Below, piece by piece: positions 12,723 to 25,700 of a stretch of DNA of 64,000 nt (positions within the stretch are counted from its first letter, which is position 1; each line of letters opens with the position of its first letter). The translations under genes were made by a program, and so were the position numbers. This DNA is from Mercenaria mercenaria (taxonomy: Eukaryota), in assembly GCF_021730395.1 (NCBI RefSeq), contig NC_069372.1:64220221-64284220 (forward strand), read 5' to 3'. The notes beneath the pieces are model-generated. The model was not told the DNA's origin and searched no databases. It saw nothing but the letters and a program-made list of their open reading frames with translations.

Positions 12723-13599
12723 CTGCAAAGAAACAAACACTAATTTAATGTTACTAAATAATAATTTTGGGTTAAAACTGTGCCCAAATTCAAATGAAAA
12801 ATAAGTGTTTTCCCAATTTCAGAGCTAAAATTCCCAATATCATAAAAAAAATACAGATTTAAAAGATGACATAGTCTCAGTCAAATATGTCAGATTGCAC
12901 AAGTTGAGGTATACTTGCCAAAACATTTCCGAAGGAGTATACCCTGGACCCCTCTAGAGACTTCTCTTGCCCCTACATCCAAAACCTTGACCCACATTTG
13001 GTAGGTGCCGACTATTGAACTCTGCCCAAAAGAGTTGATATATTATTGTGCTAATTAGGTGACAACATCATGCCGGACATGTCATTAAGTTGACAACTGG
13101 TTTGTTACAGGATGACAGTTGTCCCAAGCAGTTTGAATACAAAGGGATTTTGCAGGACAGATCTGAATCTGCACTAAAGCAGTACAACTGGGTAACTATC
13201 TGATTATTTTCAATGTCTTGCTCAGAAAAACATGCATATTATCACTTTCATTTACATAATTACATGTACAGTTTGGGCAGTCAGCAAGTTACTTGAGAAA
13301 ATTCTTCAAATTCAGTACAAATACCATGGCAGAATGATGAGTGGCTGTCATCACTAGCCTTGAACCATATCTACATGACCTACTGGCTATAATTTTTCCC
13401 TACTCATGCTCCTGAAAAAGTTAAGCTCGAAAACAGTTTTGAAAAGTGTATCAGGGCTTTTCCCCCATCAATAAATCTACCTCTAGAAGAAAGGAAGTAA
13501 TCCCAAAGCAAACAAGAGCTGGTAGAACCAGAAATGCCCCCTTGATGCATTCAGTAATTGCACAAGGAACAGAAATGATTTGGTCACTATACACAAAAG

Positions 13600-14220
13600 T
13601 TCTACTGTCCTGGATCAATGTGACCTTTGACCTTAAAATCTATAGGGGTCGTCTGCTGGTCATGATCAACCTCCCTATCAAGTTCGTGGTCATAGACCCA
13701 AGCATTCTCAAGTTATTGTCCGGAAACCATTTAACTGTTCCGAGTCACTGTGACCTTGACCTTTGGCCTACTGACCTCAAAAGCAATAGGGGTCATCTGC
13801 TGGTCATGACTAACCTCTCTATCAACATCCATCATCCTAGACCCAAGTGTTCTGGAGTTATCATCTGTAAACTGTTTAACTGTTCTGACCTCAAAATCAA
13901 CAGGGGTCATCTGCTGGTCATGACCAACCAACTTTCAACCTCCCTATCAAGTTTTGTGGTCATAATAGGCACAAGCGTTCTCAAGTGGGGTCATCTGCTG
14001 GTCATGATGAACCTCCCTATCAACTTTCATGATCCTAGGCCCAAGTGTTCTCAAGTTATCGTCTGGAAAAGGTTTAATTGTTCCGGGTCACTGTGACCTT
14101 GACCTTTGACCTACTGATCTCAACCTCAATAGGGGTTATCTGCTGGTCATGACCAACCTCCCTATTTACTTTCATGATCCTAGGCCCAAGCGTTCTTGAG
14201 TTATCATCCAGAAACGGATT
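13600..14220. repeat. Tandem array B, ~120-bp unit (caggggtcatctgctggtcatgaccaacctccctatcaa...gtgaccttgacctttggcctactgacctcaa)
   Basis: About 5 units seen directly. ORF 13446..14096 (216 aa) is a periodic translation of this array. An inverted partner lies at 33770..34200. Confidence 0.85.
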
Positions 14221-14269
14221 GGTCTACATACCAACAGACATCTTCAAAGGGGAGCATAAAAAGAGCTGT

Positions 14270-15310
14270 CACAGGAGACAGCGCGCTTGACTATTTCGAT
14301 GCTGGATAGTGAAACTGGGCACATTTGATGAAGCTGGAGCTGTCACTTGGGTGTTTAATGACTCCAACATGGATGAAATATTGGATAATAGCTTGAGTCT
14401 GTGTCAAAAGTATTAAGTAATAAGAGAGATAAGGATCAAGTGTATCAAAACATTAGATATTATTATGTATAATTCTTAGCAAAAAGGGGGCATAATTCAT
14501 GAAATACTGGTGCAACAGTGATGCACCTTGTGTAATGTTGAATCAAATCCATTTTGTAATAACTTAAGATATAGAGAAAATGCATCAAAATTAACCTTTA
14601 ACTCTTAAGTAAAAGGGGCATAATTCATGAAAATTTTGTGCCAGAGTTATGGACCTTGTGTCATATGATGTGGGTGATAAGGTGGAACAACTGTTTTAAG
14701 TTTGAATCAAATCCATTTAGTAATAACTGAGATAGAGTGAAAGTGCATCATAACTATAAGTAAAATAGAGGATAATTCATGATATAATAGTGCAAGAGTT
14801 ATGGCCCTTGTGTCATATGATGTGAGTGATGATGTTGAACAACTATTTAAGTTTGAATCAAATCCATTTAGTAATAACTGAGATAGAGTTAAAGTGCACC
14901 AAAACTTTAACCTGAAATTCTAAGTAAAAAGGGGGGAATAAATCATGAAATATTGGTGCCAGAGTTATGACCTTTGTGCCTGCCATATGATGTGGGTGAT
15001 GATGTTGAACAACTATTTTAAGTTTGAATCAAATCCATTTAGTAATAACTGAGATAAAGTGAAAGTGCACCAAAACTTTAACCTGAAATTCTAAGTAAAA
15101 AGGGGGGATAATTCATGAAATATTGGTGCCTTGTGTCATATGATGTGGGTGATGATGAGGAACAACTATTTTAAGTCTGAAGTAAATCCATCAAGTAATA
15201 ACAAAGATAAAGAGAAAGTGCATCAAAACTTTAACCAAAGTGCAGACGCAGAAGGACGTGGACGCCGACGCCAGGTCGAGTAGGATAGCTCTCCATACTT
15301 CGTAAAGTCG
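14270..15310. mobile_element. Composite element family, copy 3: left terminus + 5 tandem ~165-bp units (aaaaggggcataattcatgaaatattggtgccagagttatgg...tttgaatcaaatccatttagtaataactgagata) + right terminus (gacgcagaaggacgtggacgccgacgcc...tcgagctaaaaag)
   Basis: Termini are shared with 610..1600. The internal satellite is a different variant from copy 1. One isolated unit of this satellite also sits at 11960..12090. Confidence 0.75.
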
Positions 15311-15689
15311 AGCTAAAAAGTACGCTTTTCCCCCAATTCTGAATTTTAGATAAGGTTTTTGCTATTTTAAAATAGTTTTGCTAATTTGTATGTATATTTT
15401 GGTTATTAAAACAACTGAACAGTTATACTGTTGAACTATTACTGAAATGCAATCCATCAACATTTCACCAAAAAGAAAAAACTTTACTTAGAATTTGGTA
15501 ATTTGCAAATTTTCCCAATTAACCCTTACCCTGCTAAATTTCTATAATGAACTTGTTTATCTTCCAATTTGGGCAGTACCATTAACGGTTAAAAGGTTAA
15601 TGCAGCCTTCCACGACTTGCAGATAACCTAATGCAGCATTCCGCTTCTTGAAAATAACCTAACGTAGCATACCACTGTAACGTTATGTT

Positions 15690-16440
15690 ATTTTCAAGCG
15701 GGAGCTGCGTTGTATTTCAAGCGGGAATGCTGCGTTATGTTATTTCATCAGTGAAGCTGCGTTATGTTTCAGCCGGAATGCTGAGTTATTTTCATCATGG
15801 AAGCTGCGTATTATTTTCAAGCAGAGGAACGCTGCGTTATGTGTTCTTCTTGCATTGGAATGCTGTGTTATGTTATTTTCAAGCAGCGGAATGCTGTGTT
15901 ATGTTATTTTCAAGCAGAGGAATGCTGCGTAATGTGTTCTTCTTGCAGCGGAATGCTGCGTTAGGTTATTTGCAAGCAGTCGAATGCTGCTTTATTTGCT
16001 CCTCCTGCAGTGAAATGCTGCGTTAGGTGCTCTTCTTGCGGTGGAGTTTTAAGAAGTGGTATGCTGATTTTTGTGCTCTTCCTGCAGTGGAATGCTGCGT
16101 TATGTTATCTACAAGCAGCGGAATGCTGTGATATGTTATCTTCAAGCAGTGCAATGCTGCGTTATGTGTTATTATTGCTGCGTTAGGTTATTTGCATGCA
16201 GCGAAATGCTGCATTATATGTTTTCTTGCAATGGAAGGCTGCGTTAGGTTATCTGCAAGCAGTGGAATGCTGCGTTATGTTTTTTGTAAGCAGCGGAATG
16301 CTGCGTAATGTTGCTTTATGTGCTCTTCAAGCAGCGGAATGCTGCATTAAGTAATCTGCAAGCAGCAGATTGCTGCGTTATGTGCTCTGCAAGCAGCGGA
16401 ATGCTGCGTTATGTGCTCTGCAAGCAGCGGAATGCTGCAT
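15690..16440. repeat. Minisatellite, ~43-bp unit (gcagcggaatgctgcgttatgttattttcaa), ~17 units
   Basis: Direct periodicity. ORF 15685..16026 is a repeat translation. Confidence 0.9.
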
Positions 16441-16654
16441 GATGTTTTCTGAAGGCAATGTATTCCTGCTGAAATGGGTTTGAGACGATTGGGCTTTGGT
16501 GATCTGATCGATGGTCTTTCATAGAAGTGGGATATTAATGTACAAGGTAACCACGGTAATTAAGTATCGTTAGTAAGTATTTCTTTGTTTTCCATTTACT
16601 GCATCAATAATTTTGATACAGAAGACTGTTAGCATTTTCTCTCTTTGTTATCTC

Positions 16655-17570
16655 GATATGCTGCCATTAATATACCTTATTCCTACTTTTATTGTTTCTT
16701 TTTTGTCTTGTTGAAGGTAACTGAGATTAGAGAATAATTGATTTACTCACAGCTTTAGCGTGAGTAAATAAAATTATTCGCGTTTCGAAATTACTTTTCT
16801 TGGTAGTTTATCCCAGTACTAGTTTGGTCTGAAGTTTATGCTAGTATATTTGGGCACTCTTTGTCACGTGAATTTCGTGAAATATTTCGGCGTATATATG
16901 TGAACTGATATTGTTCTCACCACTCGAGGTTTATAATTGGCAGCAAACAGTCTGTACCCGCCCTCCCTCCCATGATGTATGTTGGTGCTTGTATTTTAGT
17001 TATAGCTTGCTTCAATGAAACAAACTGGCCTGAAAATCGCTTGTCTAGAATATTAAGTTTATTTTATTATAAAATAAATGTTGTTTTTGGTTTATGTTTA
17101 CTATTCTACACAGGTTATGTTAAGTTTTGAATACATATAATATGTGTTTGTTTTTTTTTCTAAGTAAATCACCCCGTTTGTTAGTTGTAAAGCTACAATT
17201 TTGGTTGTATCTGTTTGATTCTGGTGATGTTTTTTCTAATAAAATCTTAAACACCAGATAAAATTAGAGATTTTATTAATTATTCACGCCTGTGTTTTAC
17301 GCAAACTTGAAACATTTATCTTAACAACATGATTAAATTTACTTTTAGTCTTGTTTCAGTTCAAATTTACCCGGATACTAGATCGCTTGGAACCATACGA
17401 AGAACATTAAATCGATTGTTGAAATATGAATTTACTTCGCGAACAATTGTACACTTTTATGCTGCCAATTATATACCTTATTCCTACTTTTATTGTTTCT
17501 TTTTTGTCTTGTTGAAGGTAATTGAGATTAGAGAATAATTGGTTTACTCACAGCTTTAGCGTGAGTAAGT
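16655..17570. repeat. Pair of ~110-bp direct repeats (16655..16770 and 17465..17570: ataccttattcctacttttattgtttcttttttgtcttgttgaaggtaactgagattagagaataattgatttactcacagctttagcgtgagtaa) flanking ~700 bp
   Basis: Seen directly. No PBS/PPT was recognised, so a TRIM/LTR-like reading is unsupported. Confidence 0.6.
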
Positions 17571-18179
17571 GCATTCTGTGTGACTGAAACATCAGCATCA
17601 TATGCGTATTTACAGCAGATCAGAACTGAATGTTAAAGAAATTAAAAAATCATAATTTCTACTTGAGATTTTGCAACTGCAAAATTTTGCAAGTTTGGGC
17701 AAAAGTCACTAGCATGTTGCCAGAATGCGAGCTTAAATTCGAACCCTGAGTCCCTTATCCAGCAAGTTCTCAGATATAATATGCAAAATTGTATGAAATG
17801 TACTCAAGACTAAATTTTCCCATGGAAGCATTTTTTTTTACCTTTTGCCTGCTATATTTCTAAAATGGACTGGTCCTATTAAGTTTGGGCTATACTATTT
17901 ATTATTTGAAGGGGAGTTCATTTAAAATTTACAGACTGAGTAGCAAACAGTGCAGACCATGATCAGCCTGCACAGCTCTTGGTCTACACTGGTTGCAAAG
18001 GCAAAATCAACTGCCACCAGCAGGCTGAAGGTTAAAGAAAATTACCTCTCCCCGAAGACATTGTAACCCCCTCTTCCTCTTCCACACCACAGTTACCTCA
18101 AAATACCACCTCCCCATCTTAAAAACTATCCCATTCCCAACTGAATCCCCACACCCCTCCTTCCCCCCTGTTCCCTTTA

Positions 18180-18232
18180 TCTGTAAATTACCCCCCCCCC
18201 CCCCCCCCCCCCCCCCCGCCCCCCAAAAAAAA
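18180..18232. repeat. Homopolymer C(~38), interrupted once, followed by A(10)
   Basis: Seen directly. ORF 18007..18276 (poly-Gly) is spurious. Confidence 0.95.
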
Positions 18233-18679
18233 AAGCAGCTTGCAAAGCTGAAGTGGATTTTTTCTGAATAACCCATTTGAGGTTGCTTCTACACATTTCA
18301 TGTAGTCTGACGTTTTATCGAAATTATAAATTTCCCGGTAGAGCGTTCCGCAAAATATCTTGCGGAAGGTTTTACAAGTTCACGGTGGAAGTGACTGAAA
18401 AGCGATAACTAAATACCAACAACGGACAAAGAAACCTATTTTACACACCAACTGAACGTCTTACTGAAAATATTGAAGATTTGTCCGCACTCTCAAAGTG
18501 AAATTTACATCCATGCACTTTCGCAACACAACACGAAACTGTCAAATCTTCCTTATTATAAAGAATGATTTTTTAAAAAATAGTCTCACGGTCGATGGGT
18601 GTAACCAGCATTTATTGGTTTTAATTAAATTAAAAGTTATTTCAATAAATTATTAGTTCATATCAAAGCAGTTTGAAAG

Positions 18680-19228
18680 GCTAGTCCACGCGGTTGGTGT
18701 AAACACCCGGGGACACCTTTCTTTTTATAAAAATCTTTGAATTTGATTGTTTTCATTGCAGCTTTATCATATTAAGCAATAAAATGAGCATGAATATAGG
18801 TGTATCATAAGTAGCAAACTCATAACACGAGCCCCGGGACGCCCGATTTTTCTTTGCGATTACAGTGATAAACTGCATACACCGGGACACCTTAAGAAAG
18901 CTTGCAAATACTTATTTTGTTCTTTAGATGTATATATTTCTGAAATAGATAAAGCATAAATTTAAGAATATTATAAGTAGACTATATAATAAAGCATACC
19001 CCGGGATGCCTGTTTCGTCACTATTATGCAGTATGCGGTTCTCGGATGAATCAGGCGTCACGGGTTCATGTTATGAGTCTGCTACTTAGGATACACCTAT
19101 ATTCACGCTCAATTTATTGCAAAATATGGGAAAAAATGCAACAAAAACAGTTAAATTAAAGCTTTCTATGAAAATAAAGGTATCCCGGGGTGTCCCAGGG
19201 TGTTTACCCCGACCCTAGTCCATCAGCA
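18680..19228. repeat. Large imperfect palindrome (~550 bp) with two mirrored arm segments (ctagtccacgcggttggtgtaaacacccggggacacc // ggtatcccggggtgtcccagggtgtttaccccgaccctagtcc; and ...gtgtatcataagtagcaaactcataacacgagccccgggacgcc // cgtcacgggttcatgttatgagtctgctacttaggatacacc)
   Basis: Reverse-complement matching of arms, read by eye. Confidence 0.7.
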
Positions 19229-20559
19229 TGCCCACTCCTTTTTGAAGTAAAGGGTACATGTACCCCCTGCCTTTGCAGAATAGGGGTACACTTCAAAACT
19301 TGGGGGTACACTACACAGCAGATCTGAATTTTTTTCTATTCAACTACTGAAATTGGTGTATACATGTTTTTTCATGCTGAACTCTTGTGGGTGGGGTATA
19401 ACAGACGAGATAATTTTAGGAAATTTAAAATGTTTTTCCAAAGTAAAGATAAGAAATTCTGAAACAAATGCCCCTCCCTATATCAACAAATGCCCCTCCC
19501 TATATCATATCGTAGATACCCATGTATAATGCGCAATTTTTTTACCCCCGGGATTACCGCCGAATCGTGGGTGCGCATAATACACAGGTATAGACAATTT
19601 TCCAACTTCAAAACAAGTTTATTACCAATGTTCGCCATTTTGGTAAAAAGAAACTACTCCCCGTGCTTACTGTCACCACTAAAATCTAAGATTGCCGTAA
19701 CATACCGTAAAAGATCGAATGGTTTATTTTTCTTTCAAACAAAATTAATTTCATATAAATTTAAAAGTATTTTGATGAAAGAAATGTTAATAAATCACAA
19801 AAATTATGATACTATTAATTAAAGATCGAGAATTATCTTTAAACGAGGTGAAACTGTGAACAACATAACTGACACGAGGTGACACGTTAATTGCCGGTAA
19901 TTACTGGCTATTTGATCATGACAAAAAGACTATCACACCTTTTGTTATCAGTTTGAATTGAGAAGCTCATGTCATTTTGAAAGATCTATGCCATTCCGAA
20001 ATATTGAATCAGCTGCTATTTATTTATTCAAAATAGTTAATTAAAAAAGGTAAAACAAAAAATACAACATTTTACTGGTTTTATTTTCGAGAAAACAAAA
20101 ATCGATAGTACCGCGAGACCGATGCGCTCTCTGCCGCGGAGATAAAATTTATTACCAGTGTCAATGTAAACTCTACTTTCGTTTTCCATCCACCTCAAAA
20201 TTGACCAAAAATTTTTTTTCCCCCCAGGATTTTGGGCTTAAATCGGGGGATGCGCATTATACACGGGTGCGCATTATACATGGGTAACAACAGTACTAAA
20301 TATAAATACGTCTTCAGCAAGGTTCATGTATTTCCTGATTTCGTGGACGAAACTAGATTCGTCCGATATAACATACAGTCAACTGAGGACTTGTAAAAAT
20401 CGCCGATCAATAATAAATGCCCAAACTATTACAGATATGAAATGTGTATCAAAATTGCAGTTAAATATATCAAAGAAAATACTGTTAATTACCCTTTTGC
20501 TGAGTTCATAAAAGCTAAAAATGCGTTTCTGCATTTCGTATCAATACTTTTTTTGCACA

Positions 20560-20885
20560 CAACCCATGTGACGTCTGACGAAAACACTTACCAAACCCCT
20601 CTATGCAGCTGACAATTACGCCGAGAGTTTGGTGATGGAAACGAAATAATCAAGACCGGATCTGCGTTTTAGACCGTACTAAAGAATCGGCAAGTGCGAG
20701 ATAAAATAAACAGCAATTTAGCAGCATGTGACGTCTGACGAAAACACTTACCAAACCCCTCTATGCAGCTGACAATTACGCCGAGAGTTCGGTGATGGAA
20801 ACGAAATAATCACGACCGGATCTGCATTTTAGACCGTACCAAAGAATCGGCAAGTGCGCGATAAAATAAACAGCAATTTAGCAAT
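20560..20885. repeat. Two tandem copies of a ~165-bp unit (catgtgacgtctgacgaaaacacttaccaaacccctctatgcagctgacaattacgccgagagt...)
   Basis: Near-identical consecutive copies seen directly. Confidence 0.9.
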
Positions 20886-21769
20886 TGAATGTAGGACTAG
20901 GAGTTCCGAATCTCTGCGTGCATGTACCCCCAAGAAGTGCATTTGGTATTTTGTGCGTGATTCACGTACTGCAGTGCATGAATGGGCATGCTGGTCCATG
21001 TGTATTCGGCGGTACCCATGCGTTAAATAATGGCCGCAGATTTTTTACTAGTGCCTTAGGCTAAACCTATTTTTCGTCTAAGCATGTATAACTGAGTCTA
21101 AATATTTATTCGGTGTTGTATTGTTCATGATATTTCATTAAATTACGCTAGAAGAATCTGTGTAATGTGTCAGGGAAGTGATTGGAGGTGCAGTTTTAGT
21201 TACGGTAAACCAATATCACGTGTTTGAGGGTTTTCCTACATTACACTCCAATAAAATTAGGTCGAAATCTGTGCTATGCAAACGGCTGTCGTTCCATTAA
21301 ACTTGACACAGGGACATGTTGAACGTCCAAATATTAAAAGGCTCCCTGTGCAAGTTTAATGTTACTGAATAGTCATGGGCGTAACTGTTTTAAGTTATGT
21401 AACCTATTTCAGTTACTTTTTCATATTTATAACCTGTATTAGTTATAAAATATAGTTAACTCAGGTAAGTTATTCAAAAAAAGTCTTTTTGCTGTTCTCA
21501 CAAAGTGACCTTTAAAGTGACATTAGTAGCAAAGTGTGGTTAATCAAATTCTCTTTTAGTCTGATCATGACCTGATAAGCATAATGGGATGTTAAGAGAC
21601 TGGTTTTATAGCTTTAAAACTTTTGCCTAAACCTTTATCAGCCCTGCGTAAAAATAATTTACTGCATAGCTGGAAAGATAAAGGTTCAAGGATTCAGGAA
21701 ATAATTGCATTAGTCTCATTCAAAATAAGGATTTTGCACAGGAGGGCTTTGTAATATTTTATGATAGGC

Positions 21770-22585
21770 AGTGGCTAGGGTTACGGTACAGTAATCCTAG
21801 CCTCCGATTCTAGGATTAGGGAAGTTCCGTATTTCTAGACAACCCTATGGGGTTAGGCTAGGATTACGGAAGTGTAAGAGGCAAAGCAAATAAATGTTAG
21901 AACATGCATAAATGATGTTGTAAACTTACTTATTTCACTTAAAATAGTGGCTTTTCATGCCTGTCGTATAATTTCGTGTTATCGATCTGCCATTTTGGGT
22001 TAGTAATTTTAAGAAGAATGAGAACAGAAAAAATGGAGAAGAACGATTAAAAATGAAAGAAAACATGCAAAATCATGACTATGAAATAATAACGTAACAA
22101 AAACAAAATTACAACAATATTTAAAAAAAAACAGCACACGTTTATTTTTTTTTAATGGAAAGTGAAAAGAAAAATAAATGGGCCATGAACTGAGCACCTC
22201 CTCGTGATGTGGCCCCGATATAGTTGGACAATTATGTAAACATTGAAACATTACTATTTTCATTAAGAGGATTTCAACTTTTATCATTCATAATCATTCA
22301 TCAACAGCGCATAAATAATTATCCACCTATATTTTACTAACCCAAAATGGCGAATTGATAACACGAAATAATATGGCAGACATGAAAAATCGTTATTTCA
22401 AGTGAAACAAGTATGTGTACCACATCATTTATGCATGTCCTAATATGTATACTTGATTCCTCTTAAATACTTCCGTAATCCTAGCCTATTCTCATAGGGT
22501 TGTCTAGAAATACAGAACTTCCGTAATCCTAGAATCGGAGGCTAGGATTACGGTACGGTAACCGTAGCCACTGCCTTTATGATAA
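21770..22585. mobile_element. Foldback-type element: ~270-bp terminal inverted repeats (aggcagtggctagggttacggtacagtaatcctagcctccgattctaggattagggaagttccg...) flanking a ~270-bp A/T-rich core
   Basis: The left arm at 21776..22045 is the reverse complement of 22310..22576. Confidence 0.8.
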
Positions 22586-23879
22586 TGGAAACAAGTTATG
22601 GAAGTATAAGCAATAACTCAAATGGGTTATGAACTGCGATAACTTGAAACAGTTACACCCCTGACTGCTAACAAGGTAAAATTTAACTCTTTCACATAGA
22701 AATGTTAACAATGAGATACAATTACTATATAATATATATGTGGTACACTAAGTGTCAAAGTGGTACATAAAGTGTCTGGTACATAAAGTGACAGGCACAT
22801 AAGGTGTTGCACCCCTGCTGAACTAGGGTGAATTGTGTTTAAATGTGGGTGAATTGGGTTTAACGACTTATTTTTGTGTCCTAGAGCTAAAATTAAGAAA
22901 AATCCCATACTACTTTAACTACTCCTAGACTCATTAAACCCAATTCACCCATGTGCCGGACCCCTTTGCAGATACCGCGTCGCGAAATCTTGTGACATTT
23001 GAATATATTGCGCTATTCATTACCAGTGCTCAATTGTCATACGAAATTTCACAGCTGATACTGAAGTTTTAGGTCTTTTGCCAGGGGATGCCTCACTTTT
23101 AACTACATGGGCCTCATCAGTGGCCGATTTTGGTCTTTTCTTTCCAGTTTTTCCTGGCATCGTTCAATTTGGCGGGTTCTGAAGTATGAGTTATGTCCCC
23201 TATCCTTCTTGACTCCATTTGTATCGAAGTGGCCCAGGTTAAAGGTTACTAATTTAAATCATTCTTTGTTTCATTAAAGGCAACTTTGCGTAGCTCTATT
23301 TTAACAAAAATCAAACGAAAGTGAAACTAACAAGTATCGACTGAAAACAAGCACGAACGCGAAAATGACTCAAATGCGAATGAAAATGAAACGGTTGTAC
23401 ATCAGAAGCAGGACATATACGGTTCTGATACAGATGAAAAATCCAACACTGAATGAAGATGCATAAAGGGCAAAAACAAGCATTTGAAACAAAATATTAG
23501 CTAAACAATTACTTATTTCGTGAAATTGGGGCCTGATTACGCACACAATTCGGAAAGCAACGCATAGAAAGCTTTGTTTTAAAATTTAGTACAATTTAGA
23601 ACCAATTAATATCAAAACCAAAACTTTATTCACATTGTATTATAATTCTATATTTTAAAGAGACACATGAATTCATAGTAGTGAGGTCATATCTCAAATA
23701 AATGATGAAAATAACGGATAAAAATTAGGTTGACAAAAGCAATATTTTTCTTGAAATAGGGAGAGGTCGAAGGTACTTCAAAGGTTTAATGTGTGGTATT
23801 GTTATCCTATATCAATGATCTGTTAATCAGTGATGTCTATGTTATACTGCTTATCAATCGTTATCGATTATAACTAGCA

Positions 23880-24860
23880 GGCTACCTTAGCAACAGACCA
23901 CAGCAAGTGCTGGTAGATGGAAAATCATCCAAGCCTGCCCCCGTGACCTCTGGCGTTCCCCAGGGCACAGTTCTCGGCCCTTTGCTGTTTCTTGTCTACA
24001 TCAATGACATGCCCGGCAAGGTCAGCTCACCGTGCAGACTGTTTGCTGATGACTCACTACTTTACCGAGTGATAAAGGCAGAAACAGATTCCACAGCCCT
24101 TCAGGATGACCTTGACCGCTTGCAGGAATGGGAGAAAACCTGGCTGATGGAGTTCAACCCAGACAAATGCGAGGTGGTGCGATTTTCAAGTAAACGAAGA
24201 ACATACAGGCATCATGCTTCATCCATGGTAAAGAATTACGGACCATCAAAAAGGCAAGGTACCTTGGCGCCACACTTTCTGATAACCTCTCAAGGAACAA
24301 TCATATTTACACAATCTGCTGCAAGGCAAACAACACCATTGCCTTCCTCAGCCGAAACATGTCTTCCTGCCCCAAGACCATCAAGGAGGCTAGCTACAAA
24401 ACATACGTAAGACCACAAGTGGAATACGCACCCACCATCTGGGACCCATACACCCAAGCCAATGAGACTAAAGTTGAAGCAGTTCAACGACGAGCCACCA
24501 GATATATATCTGGAGATTATTATCAAAGGAGCAGCGTTACTGCCATGCTTGACACACTCGGCTGGGAACCACTACAGATCAGGAGAAAGCAGGCCAAGGC
24601 TGTCGTGTTGTCCAAGAGACCCTTACCTGAAACCTCAAGGATCTTCCACGAGGGGCCACTCAATGCAATTTGTTGTTCCTTTCTGCCACATGAACGCCAT
24701 GAAAGAGTCCTTCTTCCCGTCCGCCATCGCACTGTGGAACAGACTCCCTGACAGTCTGGTCTCGGCACCCACCTTGGAAGCATTCAAGGCCGGGATCTCT
24801 AAAACAACACTCTAAGCCGACTGAAAATAGTTTTCTCCTGTTTTTAACCTTGGGTACCCT
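23880..24860 (+). mobile_element. 5'-truncated, frameshifted non-LTR retrotransposon (LINE) fragment: RT domain (SGVPQGTVLGPLLFLVYINDMP...LFADDSLLY...) plus C-terminal region, spread across three overlapping frames
   Basis: ORFs 23907..24410, 24359..24751 and 24462..24815 together align to the intact-looking RT at 30055..31551. FADD motif present. A (GAA)n stretch follows at ~24940. Confidence 0.85.
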
Positions 24861-25079
24861 CACCACCTTGTAAATAGTTAGGCATTAAGGATGCGAGTAT
24901 GTTGCGCAAGCAGCGATGCATCGTCAATGGAAGAAGAAGAAGGCGCGTTGTCAGGGATAGCTGTTAAAAATAATAAGAATACAGAGATTATGTGCATCTC
25001 AAAGATAAAGTAAAAGAACTAGTTTACAAGTCAGGTTAAAAAGTAAAAGCAGGAAAATCTAATTAGAACTGATAGAAGG

Positions 25080-25700
25080 GTGGTAGCTGCCCAGCAAATA
25101 CTTCTAAGCTGGGACTAGCTTGCAAAGCCACAGGGAGACTGTTCCACAGACGTATGCTTCTGGGAAAGAAGGAGTTTGTGTCTTTGAATATGGTATCAAA
25201 TAGTTCAAGTTTCTAGTATGTCTAAGGTGACTGTGGTCAACAAAAACAAGGTGTTGTTGGATCTTGTACAACGTTACATAATAACTGCGCTGATCTTACG
25301 GCGTTGTTCTAGGGTTTGCCAGTTTAGTTCATTTAACATTTTGGAGACACTACTGGTGTAATTGTAGTCATCATAGACATATCTTGCTGCAGATCTTTGA
25401 ACTTGCTCTAGTTTATGGGTTAGGTATTTTTGCCATGGATGCCATATGGTGGAACAGTACTCTAACTGGGGTCTAACATAGGTTTTATATGCAACCTCTT
25501 TGACTCTTTTATTTGAGGTTTTGACATTTCGTTTGAGGAATCTTAGGGATTGTTTTGCTTTGGATATTTCGTTGTTGATATGATTGGTCCATGATAGGTC
25601 TTTACTAATGATTACGCCTAAATATTTGGCAGAATCAGCCGATTTTAACTCGATGTCATGCAGCTTATAAGGGAAGATTACGGGGTTTCATTTGCGACTG
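25080..25700 (-). mobile_element. Non-LTR retrotransposon 3' fragment, same family as the 30055 copy. Minus-strand translation: YKLHDIELKSADSAKYLGVIISKDLSWTNHINNEISKAKQSLRFLKRNVKTSNKRVKEVAYKTYVRPQLEYCSTIWHPWQKYLTHKLEQVQRSAARYVYDDYNYTSSVSKMLNELNWQTLEQRRKISAVIM*
   Basis: Hand translation of the reverse complement of 25260..25690. It is near-colinear with residues 300..440 of ORF 30055..31551. Confidence 0.8.

Noticed and set aside
13446-14096. 216-aa ORF, the longest intergenic ORF in the track
   Set aside because: It is a periodic translation of the ~120-bp tandem array B (peptide NRGHLLVMTNL recurs every ~40 aa). It has no start context and no motifs.
15685-16026. 113-aa ORF with repeated MLRYV peptides
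   Set aside because: Translation of the 43-bp minisatellite gcagcggaatgctgcgttatg.
16655-17570. TRIM/LTR retroelement interpretation of the 110-bp direct repeats
   Set aside because: No TG...CA ends, no primer-binding site after the first repeat, and no polypurine tract before the second. Left as plain direct repeats.
23907-24815. Three separate medium ORFs as independent genes
   Set aside because: They are consecutive frames of one frameshifted LINE RT/C-terminal region (colinear with ORF 30055..31551).
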